The translations under genes were made by a program, and so were the position numbers. A stretch of 62,495 bases of DNA, counting the filler, from Dirinaria sp. TL-2023a (lineage: Eukaryota): NCBI GenBank assembly GCA_051941275.1. It is 11 parts of 11 records of this genome, joined end to end, with 100 filler letters (N's around TTAATTAATTAA, not from the genome) between each part and the next. Parts side by side here need not be neighbours in the genome. Positions count along the whole stretch, not along the records: positions 34,206 to 39,791 come from JAVEBF010001629.1; positions 39,892 to 45,471 come from JAVEBF010001630.1; positions 45,572 to 51,150 come from JAVEBF010001631.1; 8 more parts are not named here. One strand, written 5' to 3'. This document shows, piece after piece, positions 36,188 to 48,305 of this stretch. The notes under the pieces were generated by a model. The model was not told the DNA's origin. It made no database searches and saw only the letters and a program-made list of their open reading frames with translations. The stretch's first letter is position 1; each line of letters opens with the position of its first letter.

Positions 36188-37354
36188 ATGGCCGCCGCTG
36201 CTGCTACCATCGCAGCTTACATTGCCCTTGTGGGTCCTTTGACCACAGCAATCACTCAAGTTATAGAGCTTAGCAAAATTTTCCCAACGTCGTCCAATGT
36301 TCCATCCGGGTCCTCCAGTTCCTCTTTTAACAACATGGTCAACATAGGTGTGGGCATGTACGAAGGCGGCGACCAAAACAGCTTTGGAGGAGATGGTGTC
36401 CAAGTCAGCGGTTTCACGAATGTTGGAACATTTGTGGGATCTGGGCATATGCCACACATGGACCAAGGCCAGTCATATACGACCGGATTAGATCCATCTG
36501 GATCCAGCATCGGTGCCTCACAAGCTTGGCAGTTAACCCTCAGGTCAGGTGGCTCCAACGCAGTCTGCGTCCAGTTTGTTGAATTGGCATGGCAACAATC
36601 AGTCACCTCCGGCTTTGATGGCACTTGGGGTAAGATGTGCGGTCAAGATTGGTACTACTCGGAATCCACTTGGGGTCTCACATCCGACAATCAGGTGTAT
36701 CGTCCGGACTGCTTTTGGCTGGACGACGGCAAGAAACCGCAGCATCCTTTGAAAGAAATGTGGGCGGATATGGGAGCTATTGTCTCAGGAGCGTCGGTCG
36801 AAGGTTCCAATACCAGCACTGCAACGTACTGCAACGACCAAGTCATGAAGTTTTCCTCCGTCAAAGTTTCCAAAACGAGCAACCAGGTGCCTGCCGGCCT
36901 CAATCAGGATAGTAAGGGAAGCAACACTCCTCCGTCAAAAAGGTCACGAATCATGGGAAGCTCACATCACGCTGCACCATCTGCTATGCCTAAAACATAC
37001 GTCAACGGTACCCAAACAAACGATACTTTGCCGGGTCCTCTCAATGGTACTTTCATTTCAATTAATGGAACGCAGAATCAGTTGGTAATCAGTGATATCG
37101 AATCTCACTCCGCCAAGGAATTGTGTGCCCACCCAAACTCTCGAGGTCCAGACTTTGTTTCCCAGGCGGAAAATCTCTTCTGCGATATGACGACAAGGGC
37201 AATTCACTCGCTGTGCACCTCGTCCCAAACGACAGATTGCTTCTCAATCGATTATTCCCGTAAAAGAATGATGAAACGCGATCAGATGTCTAAAGGTATC
37301 GCCGATGATGTGCTGCACCGTGATTACAAGCATGTGCAGTACTGGCAAGGCTGA
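36188..37354 (+). CDS. Uncharacterised Cys-rich, probably secreted fungal protein (388 aa)
   Basis: Hydrophobic N-terminus, intronless ORF, GKMCGQDWYYS, RPDCFW, HSAKELC..SRGPDFVS..FCDM..LC..CF pattern, KR sites. Confidence 0.75.
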   Translation: MAAAAATIAAYIALVGPLTTAITQVIELSKIFPTSSNVPSGSSSSSFNNMVNIGVGMYEGGDQNSFGGDGVQVSGFTNVGTFVGSGHMPHMDQGQSYTTGLDPSGSSIGASQAWQLTLRSGGSNAVCVQFVELAWQQSVTSGFDGTWGKMCGQDWYYSESTWGLTSDNQVYRPDCFWLDDGKKPQHPLKEMWADMGAIVSGASVEGSNTSTATYCNDQVMKFSSVKVSKTSNQVPAGLNQDSKGSNTPPSKRSRIMGSSHHAAPSAMPKTYVNGTQTNDTLPGPLNGTFISINGTQNQLVISDIESHSAKELCAHPNSRGPDFVSQAENLFCDMTTRAIHSLCTSSQTTDCFSIDYSRKRMMKRDQMSKGIADDVLHRDYKHVQYWQG

Positions 37355-37784
37355 ACATCCCTGCGTATTCCGTCCTTCAAATGGGATGGTTTTCTAAATG
37401 GGTGCGCTTTTTTTTTTTTATGGAAGATGATTGGTGTACTACGGTTCTTATCATGTTCTCGAATTCCGCTGTACGTTAGAGTTCGGTATTGTGGGAGGAA
37501 TGAAGGGTGGAGTTTCGCGTCTCCTGAAGATCTTGAATACACTCAGACTTCTATTTGGTATGAAGTCTGCTCGCAAATAATACATCGAATAGTCCTTGAT
37601 TTCAAACATGACTTCTAAGAAAGTTCCCAGGTCGTTGATGTGCATTTTCTTTTCTCCTTTGCTCGGACATAAAATAGTAGCTGCTGGAGCAGAGTTGAAC
37701 TGCAAGATGTTCGATGCAAATGCTCTGTATCCGCTCTTACTCCGGGTTCTTAGGAGTTATTCTACCAATCATGGCATATCAACA

Positions 37785-38645
37785 TCATGTATCCCAGTCG
37801 GAAAGTTGGTCGATCATGTGTAAAGTCCTAACCTCTGAAGATGACAGTTGCCCTTTGTAAGAACCCTCGGGAATCGTACAGTGCGGGAACGAGTGGTCTC
37901 TCAAGTCCCACGGTATTTTACCGTCAGCTGCACTATCGTAGTCTAAGCCCATGACTTCTTTCTCAGCCTTGACCTCGTAAGGTATTGACCAGCTTAAGAA
38001 AACGTGGAACTTTTTCAGCCCCTTCAATCGACGCAGAGGCCCGAAGATTTGATAGTAGGCCCTCTTCAACCAGGAATAGTCATGATCACCATCATCGTTC
38101 AGTTCTATCAGCTCGTGCCCTAAAGAGCTTGCATCGATGGAAAGCCACAGCTCTCCGAGTAAAAGGTGGTTTTGCATGGTCCTGACGAGAAATTTCCACT
38201 CTTGAAAAGCTCTGCTGCCCGGTGTACCCAAGTCCCACAACTGGTCCCAATCCAGCGTGAGATCGACTTTCCGGATCAAATGGGCTGCTGGCGAAGATAG
38301 ACGGGTTAGGAAACTAGCAGACTTCACGAAACTACCACTTAAAACGAATCTATTCCACGAATAAAACACTTCCCGTGCTTCAAGCTGCATCTGACGACTG
38401 ACGCGGAACAACCCGGCCGGAAAGGGTATCGAATACCCTGCGTTGCAGGTGCATTTGCCAAAACCTGGGTTGTGAGGGCAAAAATTATCGAGATTCTTCT
38501 CCGGAATCTGGAGACAGCCGTCCACAATGTTAGCTCCATCTGTCGCCAAATGGCACCAAGTCCAATCCCAACGCCTCACGAGATGGGTGCATTCCAGAAT
38601 TTGGATACGAATCTCCGTAGGCAAATCTTTCCAGGAAATAGCCAT
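37785..38645 (-). CDS. Hypothetical protein with an N-terminal F-box/2EXR-like motif
   Basis: WKDLPTEIRIQILE N-terminus; LFRVSRQMQLEAREVFYSWNRF; intact 286-aa ORF. Confidence 0.7.
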   Translation of the reverse strand: MAISWKDLPTEIRIQILECTHLVRRWDWTWCHLATDGANIVDGCLQIPEKNLDNFCPHNPGFGKCTCNAGYSIPFPAGLFRVSRQMQLEAREVFYSWNRFVLSGSFVKSASFLTRLSSPAAHLIRKVDLTLDWDQLWDLGTPGSRAFQEWKFLVRTMQNHLLLGELWLSIDASSLGHELIELNDDGDHDYSWLKRAYYQIFGPLRRLKGLKKFHVFLSWSIPYEVKAEKEVMGLDYDSAADGKIPWDLRDHSFPHCTIPEGSYKGQLSSSEVRTLHMIDQLSDWDT

Positions 38646-39791
38646 ACTCCGTACTGGATGGTGGCTGGCCGATTTTCGGACAAAATATGATCGAGATAAT
38701 TCTCAATGTCAAGTCACGAAACGATGGAAAACCTTGATTGCTGGAGCGTACGATGATGGGTGTGGAATAATTAAGGTAGATGGAGGAAGAAGTCGACACT
38801 CGACAGCCACGGGACCTGAAACCCCTAAACGTTTCAAGTGTTGTTCCGGGTTTTCCTTTAGTATGCAGGGGCCAGGGCAGGTTCCTCAATTGAGGCTCTC
38901 GGCATGCAACGTTTTTTGCCTTCTTACGATTGCCGAACTGCGCTCTTTACCTTGTCGGGTATCTTTCGACGTTGTTCACATATAGGTCGTATTTTCAGAT
39001 ACCATGTTGACGGCGAGTCATATGACACATGTTCTGGACTGACATGACGTGGGTTGGATAATTGTATTGACAATATTGAGGATGCTGAACTACATGGTGG
39101 TCTGGGTGCGATAGAAATACCCGAGGAGCCGAGGGACCTCGGGACCTTCTGACGGGCCGGGGATTAGCCCCTATGGCCGACGCTAAACCCGGTCGAGCAT
39201 GCCACCCGCAACACACTGCGGTCCCTCGGGTACGGAGTACTCGTACTCGTACAGTACTGCGCCAACGCATGGGAAAATTCATTTAGGACTGATCTTCTAA
39301 TCTTGTTCAAAAGATCATGACTTGTGTTTTGAGAATCTATCGTAAAACCTTCGGAATTATTTTGAATATAATCTTAGCCGAGAATCAGGGCGACTTGACG
39401 AGCTTGAATTTTCTTGCAAAGTCAATTACTCTCTCATAACTCGGTTGCATACATCGTACAGCCTTAGTCTTGAAGTTCTACAAATTTCGAGACAGGAGTG
39501 CATGCTGCTTCACAAGTAAACGGCGGAGAGCCGAATAACATCAAGAGAAAGTGTTAGAATTTCGCCTGCACCTAGCGCCTTGGCACGATGATGTGTATTC
39601 AAGGCGTTTAAATCCTCCTGGCAATTTTAATTCCAGTGTCATTCAGTATCATCCAAAATGTCAATCTCCAACAGAAGGCGGGGGCGAGGGTCTAGAAGTC
39701 GCTGAGTTTGCCCCTGCTAAACAAAACTGATCGTCATCGCTCGAGTTTTCTGAGGAAAAGAAAAGAGGGAGAAAACGGAGTTATTTCCATA

Positions 39792-39891
39792 NNNNNNNNN
39801 NNNNNNNNNNNNNNNNNNNNNNNNNNNNNNNNNNNTTAATTAATTAANNNNNNNNNNNNNNNNNNNNNNNNNNNNNNNNNNNNNNNNNNNN
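39792..39891. other. Artificial contig linker
   Basis: N44-TTAATTAATTAA-N44. Confidence 0.98.
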
Positions 39892-39965
39892 CTTCTACCA
39901 TGTTGTACAATTCCAAAGCGTGCAGTCTGGTGGCGGAGTAGAACCCCTCCATCCCCACATTTGGG

Positions 39966-40278
39966 GTGTGCATGTGTGTTGCGAAACCTTGGCATCTCGA
40001 AACAAAATTCAATGTAGTCGCTCCTCTCTAGCGCTAGCGAAAGACCAGGATTTCAGCAAAATAACGTTTTCACGAAATGACGATGGACCAATTCGCCATG
40101 AAAGTGCCACCGTCAAATCGACAAATCGTGAGAAGTGTTAAAAGATGCGAGAAAAAGATGACTTTTGCAATTTCAATTCTGAAGCATCGAGTGTAAGTAT
40201 CTTACCTTAGTGATCCATGCGACATGTAGGGGAGGGTAGAGTTTCGAGGTGCCAAGGTTTCGCAACACACATGCACAC
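39966..40278. mobile_element. MITE-like element with 38-bp inverted repeats (39966-40003 / 40241-40278)
   Basis: GTGTGCATGTGTGTTGCGAAACCTTGGCATCTCGAAAC matches the reverse complement of the right arm with 1 mismatch; non-coding interior; no clear TSD. Confidence 0.55.
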
Positions 40279-40786
40279 GCTAAATGGGGCTCTGAGTCCT
40301 GGGTAAATACCAGGTGTCATATCCAAATTAAATGGAAATCGTGGCCGTAGAGTAGGAACAATTCCAGGCCACAGCAACTTGTCACCAGCAGCCCGGTGGC
40401 TCGTGGTGTGCTGCAAGTTGCGATGCCATGATCACATGCAATGTGCATACCGAAGCGCAATGGAGACGAGAAGGATGAGGTACGGTGCAACTCAATGAGA
40501 CGAAAACTCAGTGCCAGCCCCTTTGTGTAAACACTACCTCAAGAACTTGAGCATTTAAAGTACCTTGAGAATGCTGCTAGATTATGAAAGCGCAGGAGAA
40601 TGACCGCAAGGCTGCGAGGATCATTGGCGTAGAAATATACATATGAACCCATGTAAATAGGTGAAGATGGTGCCTGGAAGCATTGAAATACGAAAATAGT
40701 ACGAGGAAGAGATGAAAGATACATTGCAAAAGCAAATTTTACAATTTTAGTTTATATCTTAAAATAAGGAGGCGTCGATCATGTAT

Positions 40787-40903
40787 GGGAAGATGGCCGA
40801 GCGGTTAAGGCGTATGACTCAAGCATTCAAGCTTTAACTTGGAAAAACCTGGTTGTGATTTCATATGGAGCAATCCTCGTGGGTTCGAATCCCACTCTTC
40901 TCA
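40787..40903 (+). tRNA. tRNA-Leu(CAA) with ~36-nt intron (40824-40859)
   Basis: Acceptor GGGAAGA/TCTTCTC, D-arm TGGCCGAGCGGTTAAGGC, anticodon stem TATGA/TCATA with CT-CAA-G, long variable arm, GTGGGTTCGAATCCCAC T-arm, downstream T-run terminator. Confidence 0.95.
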
Positions 40904-41747
40904 AGCACTTTTTGTTTTCAAGATTGTTTTCCCATGAAACTTTTAACAATGTGCATGCTTATTTTTGGTCGTAGTATCTACAGTTCAATTTGCAGTATTG
41001 ATTGAGACATCTTTTTCGGAACCCAACAACTACCTTACCTTACGAGAGTACTTTTGCCAACACTCTCTTCACCACTACCAATTTCCCAGAACCACGCCAT
41101 CTTCAAGCGCACCAGATGCAGTTCACATTTTAGCTGCTCCTCCACACATTATTCCCATCAAAGAAGTCGTTTTCGTAAGCAATAATAGCGAACGCGAAAA
41201 GGTTTCGACGGCAATTTTCGTCTTCGGGCGCACAGTACGAATGCAGCCACGGTACTAATACTGCCTTGTTTCCGGCCTTGCTCCCTCGACAAGGCAATTC
41301 GAAACGCAAAAAATATTGATTTACAGCTTACACATTCTCTCACACCATTTTGCATGAGCACACTATAATACGTCTCATGTTCAGGTAGTCCTACTGTTGC
41401 TAGGCGTAAGAGGTGCGATCTTCCTGCTTTCTGACTATCATCACCGCTGTTGAAAGCTTGCCCCCAGTCAGGAATCAGTGTGGCATCGCCATCCTTAGTT
41501 TATGGCATCATAAGGTAACGCTCATATCCCCTCATTAGGTAGTACCATACACCAGATCTAGACTTCCTAGATTTACTTTTCCCTTATCGCTTATCTCTCC
41601 AACTTCACGATCAAGTACATATTAGAATGCCGAGAATGCCCACACGATGATGCTCCCACAATACGTCATCGATAGTCCCCTTAACTTTTCCTATTATTAT
41701 AAACAGACAGAGGAGGATCAGTCACCGGAAATCCAACGACGCCAGCA

Positions 41748-42492
41748 ATGCTCACCCTAATCAGCGCCACACCTTCGCCCTACGCGCGCAAGAACCGCGT
41801 TGCCCTGCTTGAAAAGGGCATTCCCTTCCAGCTTCAGACCGAAATCCCATGGCACAGCGCGACGGAAACCCCGAAATATAACCCGCTCGAGAAACTTCCC
41901 ATCCTCATCTTCGACAACGGGGAGCCGCCCATCTACGAATCGTGGTTCATCCAGGAGTACATCATACAGAAATACCGATCCCAGGGTCCCAGCTTGCTTC
42001 CAGAGTCGCTCGATGAGCAGCTGCTTGCTAAGCAGATCCAGGTGATTGCCGATGGCGCATGTGATGCTATGGTGTGTTGTTCCTTGCGGTCGCTATACAA
42101 TCGACTGCTGTGGTGCCTGTATAATTATGGAGGATCATTGACCGGCGCGAGTGTAGGGCCTAGCCTTTTTCGAGACGGGCCGAGGGGAACGCAAGAGCGA
42201 AGAGTGGCTTTCAAGACAGCTACGAAAGATCTACGGCGCGATCAAGGCGGTCGACCAATTTGTGAAGAGGAGCGAGGGCGGAGAATTCTTAATTGGAAGG
42301 GAGCTGACGATTGCGGATATTGCGGTCGTTTCGATGCTAGGCTTGATGGATCTGGCCGAGAGGCAACTCCAGCTTGTTGCGTGGGAAGATGACTATCCGG
42401 AGCTGAGGGAGTATTGGCAGCGGTTGGAACAGAGGCCGAGTTTTAGGGAGACGCAACCGGTCATGTTTGAGTTGCAGGAGAAGGTTGCTTGA
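41748..42492 (+). CDS. Glutathione S-transferase family protein; intron ~42072-42156
   Basis: SATPSPYARK, NPLEKLPIL, IYESWFIQEY N-domain; FLIGRELTIADIA and RPSFRET C-domain. Confidence 0.88.
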
Positions 42493-42764
42493 TTCGTCCA
42501 CAGGTGGTAGTCTCATATAAGAGGTTATCAGGGCTGTCAACTGTGCCAAGGAAAGACAAAACCGTGCTGGCAGAGGGCTTGTTATTCGCTGCTTCCACAT
42601 TGTCTGTTCTGATATCTTTCCTAACCGAACAACGTACGAGTACTATGCCTAATCGGGCGAGCCCCTTGGCTGCCCGCAACCGCGTCTCGGCGCGTCTCCC
42701 CAACATACCAACTCCATCTCCACATCCGACCTTTACACCAAAGTTGTGATCCTTCTCCTAAAAT

Positions 42765-44031
42765 ATGCCCCTGATTCGTAAGCGCCGCTCGGTAAGTGCT
42801 CATCAATTCGACGTCCAAATGCGACTTTGGTTCACAGCGTCTTCATCAGCAAGCAGATCCTGATCCGTCTCCCCACCCCACACGCAGGCGCCGTTCAGCC
42901 TCTGTCTCGGATGCATCCTCGATCCAAGATGCAATTGATGGCTTTGAGGACGAGGATAATGGAGGTAGCAGCCAAGAACAGATGGTAAAGAAGCTTGTAC
43001 GGCTGGCGCTGGCGAGTGAGTACTCGAGAGTGCCGATCCGAAGAGGAGACATCGCTCAAAAAGGTCTGTGCTGCATTTAGAGGTATCGTGACATTGGAGG
43101 GATACTTATAGGTGCTCTGTGGCTAGTCATGGCGCCCAACGCCGGCCGGCAATTCAAGCAAGTCTTCAACGAGGCTCAAGTCCAATTGCGCGAGGTGTTT
43201 GGGATGGAGATGACCGAATTGCCCATGAAGGAGAAGGTCACTGTGAGCCAGAAACGAGGTCAGCCTGCGCGAATATGCGTGTCATAAATATTCGCTGCTG
43301 CCAAGTTCTGACTGCGACATACAGCTGCCGCGCGCCAAGGAACTCAATCCCAGAACAACGCCTCCTCAAATGCCTACGTCCTAACCTCCACCCTCGCATC
43401 TCGTTTCCGGACACCCAGCATCCTGATTCCTTCACGTATCCCCACCTCCGCCTCCGAAGCCGCCTACACCGGTCTCTACACTTTCGTCATCGCCCTCATC
43501 TCGCTCTCCGCTGGGGGCAAGATCAGCGAAAACTTCCTCGAACGCGATCTCGAGAAGCTCAACGCTTCGAACTATGTGCTCAACGGCGAGAAAACGGAGA
43601 ACGTGCTCAAGCGCATGGAGCGTCAAGGCTACATCGTCAAAGTGCGCGAAAGAGACGGCGGTGGAGAAGAGAGCGTTGACTATGTGGTGGGCCCGAGGGG
43701 CAAAGCGGAGGTAGGGGAGAAAGGCGTTGCAGGACTGATCAGGGGTGTGTATGATAGGAGAGACACGGATCATGACGAGCTAGAAAGGAGGCTGGTGCGG
43801 AGTTTGGGGGACGTGGTCATTGAGAAGAAAGCTAGGAGAGCCGAAGACGAGGGCGAAGAGGATGCTGATGACGGTGGTGGTGCGAATGGGCACGCTGCTC
43901 CGGAGGAGGAAGAAGAGCAGAGTTCAAGACGAGGTGGGAGGCGGCAGACCAGGAGCTCGAGGAGAGGAAGGAGAACGAGGGGTGAAGAAGACGAGGCGGA
44001 AGAGGACGGCGACGGAGAGGTTGAAGAATAG
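42765..44031 (+). CDS. NSE3: Smc5/6 complex subunit Nse3 (MAGE domain); 3 introns
   Basis: MPLIRKRRS|..MVKKLVRLALASEYSRVPIRRGDI..LREVFGMEMTELP..YVLTSTL..LKRMERQGYIVK..VGPRGKAEV. Confidence 0.85.
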
Positions 44032-44113
44032 CCGTCAGATGGTACAGGGTATCTCGTCAAGCACTATCAAAACTCCTTGACCGCAAATGCATCTCGTGCC
44101 AACCCAAGCCTAC

Positions 44114-44562
44114 CTAATGCTTCGAACTCGCGTCCATCCACTCCCTCGCCAACGCCTCCACGACGCCTGGATCCAAGACCTCGTTGCGGAACCGTTCCTG
44201 CTGCAGTAGCTCCAGCACCCTCAATGTCGGGCCCGGGTAGCTTAAATACTTGACATATTCCTGCCAAAGTAGGGTATCGTAGTTAGCGATCCTTGCATGA
44301 CCCAACCCCAACATCTGCCCTCACATCCGAAATGTAATACAGTAAAAGTACCACTCACAGGCGAAGCAAAATACCGGAGGTAATCCAGGTAGGCCACGAA
44401 GCAAGGGTCCTGCAGCGTTTTGGAGGCAGCGAGATGGTTGAGGTAGGATGGGTTGGAGAGGGATTGCACGAATTCCAGTTCGAGGGTGAAGCGGGTGTGG
44501 CCGGCGTAGGTATCATCTTCTTCGGGTGGAGGAGGAGGGATGGTGGTGGGTGCGGTGGACAT
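44114..44562 (-). CDS. MED31: Mediator subunit 31; 1 intron (~44260-44358)
   Basis: RFTLELEFVQSLSNPSYLNHLA..FVAYLDYLRYF..P|EYVKYLSYPGPTLRVLELLQQERFR. Confidence 0.92.
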
Positions 44563-45471
44563 TATTATTGGGTTTAGTTTTGGGTTAGTGATGCCCGAAG
44601 AGAAACAAATAATGTACGTAAGAGACTTGTGGTTAAGGCGTGTGGTTTGGGTAAGTAATAATAACACCGGCATAAGGTCAAGTACTCGAGCATGCGCCAA
44701 GATAAGATTACTTTAATGAAGATCTGCTTTGTGGAATTCGAGGCCGGCACGAATTGAGTATTACCATTTACCAACTACCTACCTGAATTTGATTGGACAA
44801 TAATGATTTCTTCAGAGGCGAGGCCCGCCAGTCCACCGCCAAGCAGTCCATTGTTATGACCGATGCCGGATCTGGACTCTCTGCTCATTTGTGTGGTACG
44901 GACGAGCCTGCGCACGCACAGTAGTCAGGTAGGGCGCCTTGAAGATTCTCCACGTCTATCGAGAAGCGTCGTACACATGCGCGACATGGCCTGAAAGGGA
45001 CGAGCTGGAGGCGGCGGAAGAAAAGGTTATTGATGAAGGTGGACCAAATCGGTAGAAATTGATGGCTTACATACTACTACTAAGGTACTCAAATAATCAC
45101 AATTACCCGCTATGTTATGCTCGTGCCAAATATGGCGTGGTCCCCGTTTTTGGGTGCCTGACTCCCTGTTGCCATGCGGACTGTCAGGGTGTTTGGCCCC
45201 TGGAACGGCAGTTGTGGAAAGTTTGGAAGTTCGTTAATTATGGGCAGGAACCACCGAACCAGATCCATATCGACAGGCTCCCTAGAATAATAATAATTCC
45301 TCCATGATTTTCTAGACAGATCCATTTTATCGATTTTTATCGATTTTTTTCCCCCCAACCTACGTACTTATCACACCACACACTACACACTACATACTGT
45401 AGCTCTCATCGGTAGTAGTAAGAGTACAGTACTTTACTCAGCAGCATTCCCCGTCTTTCTTGGTACTTTTC

Positions 45472-45571
45472 NNNNNNNNNNNNNNNNNNNNNNNNNNNNN
45501 NNNNNNNNNNNNNNNTTAATTAATTAANNNNNNNNNNNNNNNNNNNNNNNNNNNNNNNNNNNNNNNNNNNN
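45472..45571. other. Artificial contig linker
   Basis: N44-TTAATTAATTAA-N44. Confidence 0.98.
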
Positions 45572-46889
45572 ATTATTAATAATAAAATAATGAAATTTTA
45601 ACTGAGAAAGTTCTTTAAGTTAAACTCGGGAAAATTCCCTTATCGATTCTCACCTGCTGAATCGATTCTTCATTTTGAGTCAGGACGATTTTAAATCATC
45701 TTCAGCCCGTTAAAACCGTTTATTAAATCAATTTTACACTCAGCGTTGGAATTTGACGACGCGCTCAAGCTCCCTGCCTGATACATAGTCTTATACTTAT
45801 GGATTAGAGATTCCATCTATGATAGCCAGAAACGAGATTAATAGTATCTTTCTTATTTCTCTCCTCTCTTCATCCAAGAACATCACGCAGTACTCGTACA
45901 GCCCAAGTCGTTTCATCGCCCCAAATAATCCCACCTAGAATGTTGATAACCAAGTGGGTAAGAAGTTGAGTTGTATTGAAGCTTATGGAACTATGCTATA
46001 TACCTCATAGTGCCAAGAAGCTAAATGTGGCAGTCACGCGACTAAGGCAGTCACCTCTGCCTAGTACTATGTACCTATACTACGGTAATACCATGCTACT
46101 TCCATGGTAACCTAACATAGAAGTAACTTCTCGATGCACATAAAACAACGCTTTAATAATCCTAACAAAAAGATGGAGCAGAGGGTCAGACTTCGTCATC
46201 TTTCGATTGAATTGAATTACGAAGCGTTTCACTATGAGCGGTTGAGGATCGCTCCCAGACTTTTTGATATCTTCTGATATCGTCGATGAGGACAAATTTT
46301 TTTTAGACACGTTATTTCTTTCAAGATGCTCTTGGTGAAATTTGTGGCGCTGTGAAGACTGTAGACTTGGCTTGCATTGAAAGATGTGACAACCCGACTT
46401 GAAGTCGATATGTTGAGGTGCGATCTGATGAAGAATCGTAATTTTCTCATTCGGCTGTGAATTATGGATGATACTTTCGGAAGTTGACAGCTTATATTGT
46501 TATTGCTCTGCTGCAGTTTCTTCTTCTTCGATAGGATTCAATATGGAGCTTTATTTCGGTGACGCGAGCTCAGCCCTGAGGTCAGCTTTGATTACCACCC
46601 ATTTTGACTGCTCAGAAGCCAAGTAAATAGATCTACGAAGCTGGTCGGGAGCAACTGACTGCCAGAAAATACAAGCTTAGATATTGATAGGATTCTATTG
46701 AGGACGCAACGATAGGGAAAAATACTTAAAACTCTCTCGCGTCTGCACTCACTCATTAGCTCCCCGACAAAAAAACCTGCAACTACTACTAAAACATTAA
46801 AATAAGCAAACCAAAGCTGCCCCATCTCCACCTGCCTTCCCTTCTTCAAGCAGCAGAACAGCGACGACTATAGTCCCAAGACCAACTCC

Positions 46890-47466
46890 TCACATCGGCA
46901 TCATCTTATGTTTAGCCTTCAGATGATAATGCAACTTGTCCTTGCGCGCAAAGCCTCGATCGCCGTGACGGTCGCAGTCACGCATGGGACAGCCGAACTG
47001 TTTCGGCCCGGCCTGGTGTTTCTTCATGTGGCGCTCCAAGTCTTGGATGCGACGCACCGATACATCGCAGCCTGGATGAGGGCAGTGGTGGTAGTCCATG
47101 CCAGCTTGTAGAGCCGAGTGGTGTGGTGATGTGTTGTTGTAGAAAGTAGCGTCGCTTTTGGAAGGGATTGACGGTATAGTCGACGTTGAGCACAGTGTGA
47201 TGGTTTTGAGGCGTTGCATCGGTGAGACTGGTTTTTGGTGACACGTGGCGGAAGTGCTCCTGATCTAGGTGCTTCTCAAGCAGTTCTAGATTCGGGAAGG
47301 GCGGCGCCTCACAGCGGCTGTACAGGCATACATAACCGGGACTAACAGATTGCGCTTTAGATTAGATGTTAAAAAAAAAAACCTACCCGGTCTCAGCATT
47401 GCCAGCACGCATGCCATATGCATGTTGTGGCAAGCTAAGCGCAGGATTGAATTCTGATTGGTCCAT
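46890..47466 (-). CDS. C2H2 zinc-finger protein (3 fingers) with an apparent frameshift between finger 1 and fingers 2-3
   Basis: MDQSEF..ETG|PGYVCLYSRCEAPPFPNLELLEKHLDQEH in one frame; CPHPGC..LERHMKKH and CPMRDC..GFARKDKLHYHLKAKH in another. Confidence 0.6.
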
Positions 47467-48305
47467 GATCGAGTTCGATGCTGCAAACAGAGCCTGGAAA
47501 AAGCGGTGCTGCAGAAAGGGCGTGGATGTTGCGATGCGCTGTCCAAATTGGTGCTGCAGAAAGGGGCGACCAATAAGCTTCGAGAATTGTCCAGAGATGC
47601 CACTCAAAAGCAGCAAAAAGCTTTGAAAATGGGGGTGGGAACGAAGCTCTTCTTGTATTCGCAGAGACCGTACGCTCAACTCCTGAGGCTGAAGGAAGGG
47701 CAAAATCCTACCTCATCCCTTCTTTTTGCACAGGCGCTAAAACGGCTGACCAAAAAAAGATGTGTGAGGGTCTTGCGTCCATTGCTTGCATCGGGAAGCG
47801 CGATTATGCTCGTGAATCGGATGCCTGCAATCGCTGCGAAGAGCAGCGCCACGGTGCTGGCCCTTGCATCGCCGTAAGTGAATGCTTGCACTTGGCCGGC
47901 GATCGAGTACTAGTTCTTGAACTTTTCTGTCATCTGGCGTCGAGAAGATCGAAATGATGCAGTGATGAAAATACACATGTAGTGATGAGGACTGAGGGTG
48001 TTGATGGTGGGGTTTTCCGAGGAGTAGAAGCTTGTCTCAGTACACAGTTTGCTTACCTTAAATACGCAAAACTCCACTTGGGGGGAGAGCATTGGCTATG
48101 ATGCTATCTTCATAACAGTGGAGCATACAGAACTCCAATGGCGACAACCTCGTCGCGGTAAAACCACTGTATCCATCTGAGAGCTCAGCCAGGCAGGTAC
48201 GAGGGTACCCCATTCTTCCAAATACTGATTGTACATGTGTTCAATATTGCAATATATACAAAGTTCTTCTCACTGGACACTTGGCATAGTGAATGTAATC
48301 CTCTT

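Noticed and set aside
39228..39280. TACAGTACTGCGCCAA resembling a Tc1-type TIR, next to a TACGGAGTA motif
   Set aside because: No partner inverted repeat or transposase in the contig; such GTAC-rich motifs are common in fungal intergenic DNA.
45572..46850. AT-richer region with short ORFs, possibly a TE relic
   Set aside because: No transposase, RT or terminal-repeat signature could be identified.
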